Assembly: GCA_036867785.1 (NCBI GenBank)
Contig: CP145415.1
Coordinates: 62,001 to 126,000 of the forward strand
Direction of reading: 5' to 3'
Length of the DNA stretch: 64,000 bases
Source of the DNA: Plasmodiophora brassicae
Lineage: Eukaryota
Part shown: positions 57,476 to 64,000 of the stretch, one piece after another
Numbering within the stretch: the stretch's first letter is position 1
How the letters are laid out: every line of letters starts with the position of its first letter
The notes under the pieces: model-generated
Told to the model about the DNA's origin: nothing
What the model saw: the letters and a program-made list of their open reading frames with translations, nothing else
Database searches by the model: none
Program-made: the position numbers and the translations under genes

Positions 57476-58144
57476 TTAGACGGGCGCGCCGACGACTCTG
57501 CCGCATGCCCGATCGGCGCCAGGCGGCGCCGTCCTGCATTGGCGGCCGCCCAGGAGCAGGACGGCGACGACGACGTAGGCGAGGACGGCGGCGCCGATGA
57601 AGACGATGGTGAGGAGGAGGACGGCGCCGGTGAAGGCGGCGGCGTAGAGCGCGGCGCAGAGCGACCGGGCGGGCAGGTCCAGGAGGTTGTCGCGCAGCGC
57701 TCGCGTCAGCCCGGGCGCCGGCAGGACGCGGATCAGGAGGGAGGCGGCGCCCACCAGCAGGGCGGCCCCGACCAGGTCCTGCTGGACCGCCTGTCGGTGC
57801 GCCCGGGCCGGCAGCGCCCGGCGCGTCGTCGTGCTGCGCCAGGCGTCCTCCAGGTCGTCGAACGTGCACCGCGCCCGCTGCAGGGCGAGCGCGACCGGCG
57901 CCCCGAACACGAACGCGGCGGCGACGCAGGCGACGTACCGCGCCAGCTTGCCGATGGCGATCCAGGCGATGCCCAGCGCCGTCCGCTGCCTGCCCCCGCG
58001 GAACAGGACCGCCTCGCCGTGCGATTCGAGGCGCGCGCCCGGCACGTACAGCAGGGCGGCGGCGAACGCGACGCCGCCGTAGACGACGAGGACGAGCGCG
58101 TGCCTCGTCGGCGGCGACGACGACGACGCTGCGCGGACGTGCAT
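57476..58144 (-). CDS. Multi-pass membrane protein, unknown function
   Basis: Several long hydrophobic segments after MHVRAASSS; start uncertain. Confidence 0.55.
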   Translation of the reverse strand: MHVRAASSSSPPTRHALVLVVYGGVAFAAALLYVPGARLESHGEAVLFRGGRQRTALGIAWIAIGKLARYVACVAAAFVFGAPVALALQRARCTFDDLEDAWRSTTTRRALPARAHRQAVQQDLVGAALLVGAASLLIRVLPAPGLTRALRDNLLDLPARSLCAALYAAAFTGAVLLLTIVFIGAAVLAYVVVAVLLLGGRQCRTAPPGADRACGRVVGAPV

Positions 58145-58226
58145 CGGCCAGTACGAAAGTCCACACAGGTTCGGCCGGTCGCGATCGCTCTGGGGTACGC
58201 GGCCGAACCGTCCGTTACTGGAGGAA

Positions 58227-59042
58227 ATGGCGACGAGCGGCGACGTCGTCCCCGTGCGCCTGGGCTCCCGCCTGCACCAGTGGGCGGCGGCGGCACCGGC
58301 CGACGACGACGACGACGACACGACGGAGGCGGACGGCGCGTACCGCTGCCAGATCTGGTAACTCGCGACACGAAACGACCGCCTGGGACCCCCCCGATCG
58401 CCGACACCCGCCCGACACAGCTCGCAGCGGATGGTGGCGCCGGACCACGAGCCGACCGTCCTGTTCCCGTGCGGGCACACGTTCTGCCGGGCGTGCCTGC
58501 GGCGGCGCCGGTCGGCGCCCAAGTGCCCGCTGTGCCGCCAGGCGATCCAGAGCAGCACGGTGAACGTGCCGCTGCGCGACCTGATCGCGTCGTTCGAGTG
58601 CCCGGGGCGACCGTCCGGCGACGACGACGACGACGCTGAGCGGCGCCGCCTGGCGGATCGGTACCTGCTGGAGTACCGGACGATGACGATGCGGACGCGG
58701 GTGCTGGTCGGCGAGCGGCGCGCGCTCGCCGACCAGAGCGCCGACCTCGAGGCGCGCGAGCGCCGGGCCGCGTCGCTGGACGAGGCGCTGGCACGTGACG
58801 CGGCCGACGCGCAGGCGCGCCTGGAGCGGGCGCGGCGCGACCTGGAACGCGTCGAGGTCGACCGGGCGCGCAACGCCGACGAGCGCGAGCGCGTCCGACG
58901 GGAGCGGGAGCGCGTCACCAAGTCCCGCGCCGACGTCGACGCCGCCCTGCGCCCGCTGCGCGTCGGCGTCGACAAGAGCCGCCTCCTGCTGCTGCACTTC
59001 CAGCCCGACGCCGTCCTCTCCGACGAGGACGAGGACATCTGA
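58227..59042 (+). CDS. RING-HC finger + coiled-coil protein; intron 58358-58420
   Basis: Spliced CQIC...PCGHTFCRAC...KCPLC followed by a heptad-rich C-terminus. Confidence 0.85.
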
Positions 59043-59273
59043 CGAATACACGCGGCGGCCGCCCCCCTGTCAGCGGATCTGCGAAGCTGCACACCGCGCA
59101 ATTCATTATACCGTCGCTGACGCCAGCAGCAGCGACGAGCTGCCCCCCGACAGCGCAGGTGCGGAGCAGGAGCTGCACACGCCCCGTCGTGCCGATTGCA
59201 GTTCCCCAGTGGGCCTGAGTGCGCGGCGCGGGCGGGAGCTGCACGTCGCTGGACTGCGCGGCGGCGCGCCCAC

Positions 59274-61199
59274 ATGGCGGCCGGCCTCGTGCGTCGCGTG
59301 TCGGCGATGCTGCGGCGCTGCCGGCCCGTCGCACGGTTTGCCGCGACGGCGGCGACGGCGGACGCGCCGATGCCGCCGCCGACGGACCCGTCCAGGATCG
59401 TGTTCCGGGGGAACAGTGACGCGCGCGCGCTGCTGGCGCAGCACGAGCTCTACCCCGGGAACCTGGCGCGCCTGCTGTACAAGACGCTGCGGTTCCAGAC
59501 GCGCCTGCCCGGCCACGTCGACGACCTGCGCGTCGTGCTCGACCGGCTGCTGGCGTTCGCGCCCGGCCGCCTCACGCTGCGCACCGTCGCCAACGTCCTG
59601 CGCTGCATCGCCACGTATGACCGGCGGTTCGCGTCCGAGTTCGACCGCGTCGTCCCCGCCATGATCCAGGCGCTGCGCGAGCACGCCGGCGCGTCGTCGC
59701 CGCCGATCAACAGCTCGCACCTGACGTCGATCCTGCACTCGGTGTCCGTCCTGGGCCTGCGCGAGTCGTCCGTCCGGCGCGTCCTGGCCGACCTGGCGGC
59801 CGCGTCCGCCGCCCAGGTCGGCGCGTTCCACCCGCAGGACCTGCCGCTCGTCGCCTGGGGGTTCACCGTCGCCGGCGTCGTCGACCATGCGCTGCTGGAC
59901 GCCATCGCCCGGCACGCCGTCGCCGCCGTCCCGACCCTGAACGCGTACCGCCTGTCCATCCTCGTCTGGTCGTTCGCCAAGGCGCAGCACAGCGCCGCCG
60001 ACCTGTTCGACGCCGTCGCCGGCGAGGCGTCTGCGCGCCTGCACCAGTTCGACGGGAAGAACGTGTCGAACCTGGTCTGGGCGTTCGCCCGGGCGGGGCG
60101 CTCGGCGCCGGCCCTCTTCGAGCAGCTGACCGCCGCCCTGCCGGCGCGCCTACGCGACACGGACGCACAGGGCATCGCCACCGTCGTCTGGGCGTTCGCG
60201 CGCGTCGGCTACCGGGCGCCCGACCTGTTCCGCGCCGTCGCCGACGTTGTCGTCGGCGACCCCCGCGACCCGTTCAACGCGCAGGCGCTGGCGAACATCG
60301 CCTGGGCGTACGCCAAGGCGGGCGTGAACGCGCCTGCCCTGTTCGCGCGGATCGCATCGGCGGCCTCCCGCCGATGGCCAACGTTTAGCGCGCACAACGT
60401 GTCGACGCTGGCCTGGGCGTTCGCGTCGGCGCCGGACGTGCCGGTCGGCGTGTTCGATGCGATTGCCGCGCGCGCCCTGCCGATGATCGACGCGTTCAGC
60501 TCGGTGGACCTGGCCAACCTGGCCTGGGCGTTCGCCAACGTCGGGCACGCCGGCGCCGACGCGCTCTACGAGGCGGTCGCGCGGGCCCTGTGCGCGCCGC
60601 GCCTGCGCGACGCCGTCGCCGACCACCACCTGATCAACACGCTGTACGCGCTGGCGCTGGCGGATCGCGCGTCGATCGCGCTGACGACCGGGGCGGCGGC
60701 GCTGCTGCCCGACCTGTTCGCCAGCGGGTTCGACCCGGCGCTGGGCGCCCGCGCGCACCTGTGGCGCCTGTCGCTGACCGACGAGCAGTGCGGGGAGGTG
60801 CGGCGCGCCCTGCCCCGCACCTGGGACACGCTGGCGCGCTGCCAGCGCCTCTACCGGGAGGCGCCGACGCACGAGCAGTATGAGCGCCTGGCGGAGGACG
60901 TGTCGGCGGCGATCGCCGCGACGACGCTCCGCTTCGTCGCCAGGCGCGCGTGCCCGCGCACGTCCTGCATCATCGACTTTGCATACGACGAGGGCGAGCG
61001 CCGCGTCGCCCTCGTACTGCACGGCGCGTGGGCGTTTCGCGGCGCGCGCCTGAACGCGGCCGCCGCGCTCCGGCAGCGCGTCCTGGCGGCGCACGGGTGG
61101 CGGGTCGTCCCGATCAACGCCGGCGAGTGGGACGCGCGCGACACGAACGACAAGGCCTACTTCATCGAGACGGCCGTCGCGTCGGCGCTGCTCGGATGA
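59274..61199 (+). CDS. RAP-domain protein with helical (OPR/FASTK-like) repeats, likely mitochondrial
   Basis: Arg/Ala-rich leader; repeats such as FNAQALANIAWAYAKAG; C-terminal IDFA...VALVLHG...RQRVLAAHGWRVVPINAGEW. Confidence 0.88.
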   Translation: MAAGLVRRVSAMLRRCRPVARFAATAATADAPMPPPTDPSRIVFRGNSDARALLAQHELYPGNLARLLYKTLRFQTRLPGHVDDLRVVLDRLLAFAPGRLTLRTVANVLRCIATYDRRFASEFDRVVPAMIQALREHAGASSPPINSSHLTSILHSVSVLGLRESSVRRVLADLAAASAAQVGAFHPQDLPLVAWGFTVAGVVDHALLDAIARHAVAAVPTLNAYRLSILVWSFAKAQHSAADLFDAVAGEASARLHQFDGKNVSNLVWAFARAGRSAPALFEQLTAALPARLRDTDAQGIATVVWAFARVGYRAPDLFRAVADVVVGDPRDPFNAQALANIAWAYAKAGVNAPALFARIASAASRRWPTFSAHNVSTLAWAFASAPDVPVGVFDAIAARALPMIDAFSSVDLANLAWAFANVGHAGADALYEAVARALCAPRLRDAVADHHLINTLYALALADRASIALTTGAAALLPDLFASGFDPALGARAHLWRLSLTDEQCGEVRRALPRTWDTLARCQRLYREAPTHEQYERLAEDVSAAIAATTLRFVARRACPRTSCIIDFAYDEGERRVALVLHGAWAFRGARLNAAAALRQRVLAAHGWRVVPINAGEWDARDTNDKAYFIETAVASALLG

Positions 61200-61350
61200 C
61201 GGACAATGCAGGCAGACAGTCGCGATTGCAAAATGGGCCGGCGCCCCGCCGCACTCTGATTTGTTTTCTGCGTCGCTCACGCAGCTCCCACGGTGCAGTT
61301 TCTGCGTGACGCTGCGGGCCCGCTATTTCCGGCGCAGACCGCTATTTTTG

Positions 61351-63271
61351 TTATCGATCGACGGCGATGCGCAAGGCTTCGTAGCGTGGCTGGCCCGGCA
61401 GGTCCGGGGCGGGCGCCCGCAGGTGCGCGTGGAACACGTCGCCGTCGAAGCAGCGGTGCACGAGCGGAACGGGCACCGGGCCGCCCAGGACGTCGCTGGC
61501 CAGCATGGCCAGCTGCAGGACGTGGCGGAACACGGCGCACGGGAACAGGGCGTCCAGGCGGTCGATCGTCTGCTGCCAGGGGGGCGCCGACACGGCCGGG
61601 GTCGTCGCCGGCGACACCAGCGTGACGTACGTGCGCAGCAAGGCGTCGACGATGCGGCGCGCGTCCGGGCAGGCCGACACGGTGTACCGCAGGGCGCCGA
61701 CGAACACGACGTCGTCAAGGTCGACGTCGTCGTCGCGAACCTCGCCAGCGTCGCCATGCAGGACGAAACGCAGCAGCGTGCGCGCGCACGTACTTGGCAG
61801 GCGGCCGGCGTCGAACGCGTCGACGAGGTCGACGTTCGGGTCGTCGACGTCGGCGGCGGCGACGAGCGCGCGGATCGCCGGGCGCTCCGCGTCGGTGGAC
61901 GACGCGACGACGTTGTCGAACGACGGCGGCGCGGGCAGCCCGAGCGGGTCCTCGACGACCTCGAACGGTTCGGCCTCGTGGTTCAGCAGGACGTGCGCCA
62001 GGCGACGACGCAGCGGGCGCAGCGCCCGCGCCAGGCGCTCGGCGTCGTCCCACGACGCGTACCCGACGCCGAACGAGACGGCGATGGCCCGGTTCAGGAC
62101 GACGTCGGTGGCGAACGGCGAGCTCAGACGGCCGGCCACGTGCAGGCGCAGGAGGGCGGCCGCGCCGTCGTCGCGCGGCACCACACGCACCGTCGCGTAC
62201 TTGTCGGCGCCGCTCGACGTGATCAGCGCGGTCAGCTTCGCGATGCGCTCCCGGTCGCTGAGCGACGTGTCGAGGAAGTGCCTGAGGAACGCACGCGCCG
62301 GCTGGGTCGGCCGCCGCCTGTGGAACGCCTTGGCGCCCGACACGACTTGCTCGGCGACCGACAGCGTCGCCGAGCGGTGGTGCAGGCGCGCGTGCAACGC
62401 GCCCAGGTCGGGCGACGCCGCCGTCGACACGACGTCGTTGCCGCACAGGTTCGCCACGACGGGCCTGCGGCGGGCGGTCAACGTCAGGGAACGACAGGAG
62501 CAACGCGACCGACGTACAGGAACGAGACGGGCACGCCGAGGACACTGGCGGTGCGGGCGGCGTGGTACACCTTGCCGGACATGGTGCCGTCGTCGTCGAG
62601 CGCCAGCGACGCGAACGGGACGTAGCCGGCGGTCATGGCGAAGATGAGGTATTCGGTGTCCTGGGCGAGGACGCCGACGGCGCCGGTGGCGTCCGCAAGG
62701 CGCGCGCACTCGTCGTCGGCCTCAAACAGGGCGACCGACACGGTGACCGTCGGGTGCCGCGTGGCGATCGCCTGCCGCAGGCACAGCTTGCAGAGGTCCG
62801 GGACGCGCGTCCGCTCCACGTCGACCTGGGCCAGCGACCCGCGCGACGACCGCAGGCGCTTGTCGATGCCGGCGCACACGTCCGCACACGTTCGACCTGC
62901 ACGGGCGCGTGCTCAGACGATCGGCGACGATGACAGGCGGGCGGCGCACACTGACGCCGGCCGATGCGGGTGTCGCGTTTGGCGCCGGGAAGGGCGCCGT
63001 CGAACACGACGTGAAGGGGGACGCCGACGCGCGTGAACCGGTGCAGGAAGTCGTCGACGAGGTCGGTGAACTGGCGGAAGCAGCCGCCGGTGACGGCGTG
63101 CAGGGCGGCGGACAGGCCGAGCCGGCCGTGCAGGTAGTACAGCAGGCTATCGCCGTCGATGATGAACCCGCGTCGCCCGTTGTCGTCCGGCGCCGCCCGC
63201 GTCAGGTCCACCGCCCGCGCCAGCAGGTGGTCCACCGGGCGCAGCGCCTGCGGCAGCCCGCGCACGCCCAT
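61351..63271 (-). CDS. ASTE1: Asteroid-like (XPG/PIN-domain) protein, multi-exon
   Basis: MGVRGL, IIDGDSL, VVFDG, EADDECA, VLAQDTEYLIF, LCGND. Confidence 0.75.
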
Positions 63272-63524
63272 CGCCAGCGCAAGCTGCAAACACGCGCCAC
63301 GGACTGCGCGAGCCCGCTGCGTCGACCGACTGTGGGGGGTACAGCGCAGCCGACGAGCTGCAGTGCCGCGGCCTGTCGCCACGGACTACGTCGACGCCTC
63401 GTCAACCACCTGATGACGTCAACGCCAGGAGGAGGCGGTGGCCGGGGGACCACCGGCCCTCCCCATCGGACCTGGACTATATTACGATACAGTATGTACA
63501 GCCGGGGATGGGGGGTTCAGCCCG

Positions 63525-64000
63525 TTACCGCGCGGCGAGGACGCAGCAGGGCCCCGTACAGCCCGGGTCGTACAGGAACGACGCGGCGTGGGCGTGCATG
63601 TCGGCGCAGCAGCAGCAGGTCCTCAGGTTCGGGGCGTGCCGGCGCACGGCGGGCGCCACGTCGACGAGGCACTGGCTGCAGACCGGGTCGTTGCACGACG
63701 AGCAGATGCGCTTGCGCCGGTTCTGCAGCCTGGAGAACGGGCGCAGGCAGAGCTTGCAGTGGTCGCGCGTCGCCGGGCTCATGGCGATCCCGATCGGCGT
63801 CGCTTCGTCCTCGTCGGCGCTCTGGAACGCCAGGCGCTTGCCGATGAACGCCGACGTGGAGCACAGCAGGCGCAGGGCCTGCGCGTCGACGGCGCCCTGC
63901 GTCTTCATCGACTCCACCGTCCGGCGCACGAGCGTGCAACGGGCGCGGCGCGCCCCGTCGATCGCCTCGTTGATCTCCAGCATCCACTCGCGCTTCTCGG
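63525..64000 (-). CDS. 3' end of a protein with a PH-domain tail and a degenerate FYVE-like zinc finger (partial)
   Basis: EKREWMLEINEAI; CKLCLRPF...RRKRICSSCNDPVCSQC...RTCCCC. Confidence 0.7.
   Translation of the reverse strand, partial: EKREWMLEINEAIDGARRARCTLVRRTVESMKTQGAVDAQALRLLCSTSAFIGKRLAFQSADEDEATPIGIAMSPATRDHCKLCLRPFSRLQNRRKRICSSCNDPVCSQCLVDVAPAVRRHAPNLRTCCCCADMHAHAASFLYDPGCTGPCCVLAAR

Noticed and set aside
57476-58144. PIG-F assignment
   Set aside because: Only FGAP matches; the PLDW...WQ.WP motif is absent.
56831-63847. Long Arg/Pro/Ala-rich or antisense ORFs (e.g. 56831-58639, 61261-62625, 62909-63847)
   Set aside because: Shadow frames of GC-rich genes on the other strand or frame.

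Overview
GC-rich eukaryotic DNA with many short (about 53-75 nt) GT-AG introns and CTGAC-like branch sites. The gene content (ZMYND10, secreted ankyrin proteins, class C GPCR) suggests a flagellated parasitic protist, most likely Plasmodiophora-like; this is inferred, not proven. Layout: (1) 1-3.6 kb, host genes (ubiquitin-like, DUF1003, a secreted orphan). (2) 3.7-16.5 kb, a nested transposon island: a decayed Sola-like DDD element, a TA-flanked element with modular TIRs, and a spliced Crypton tyrosine-recombinase gene split by a Ty3/Gypsy chromodomain retrotransposon with identical LTRs. (3) PIGV, a SARNP-like gene and an SLC19-family carrier. (4) 21-49 kb, a rearranged tandem duplication of [secreted Skp1/BTB-like+ankyrin gene / sugar-binding-protein-GPCR / HAL-like-HisRS], interrupted by an 11-kb block (Penelope-like RT, nuclease-like+kinase ORF) and a related 1.5-kb insert. 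(5) A spliced gene whose RING exon is missing from the ORF track, encoding a putative leader + Skp1/BTB-like domain + RING-H2. (6) A PIF/Harbinger element containing a small LTR element with a self-priming-type PBS. (7) Housekeeping genes (ZMYND10, RING, RAP-domain, Asteroid-like, PH/FYVE). The best candidate for a new system is the secreted family sharing one Skp1/BTB-like N-domain and one intron position, with either ankyrin or RING-H2 C-termini.
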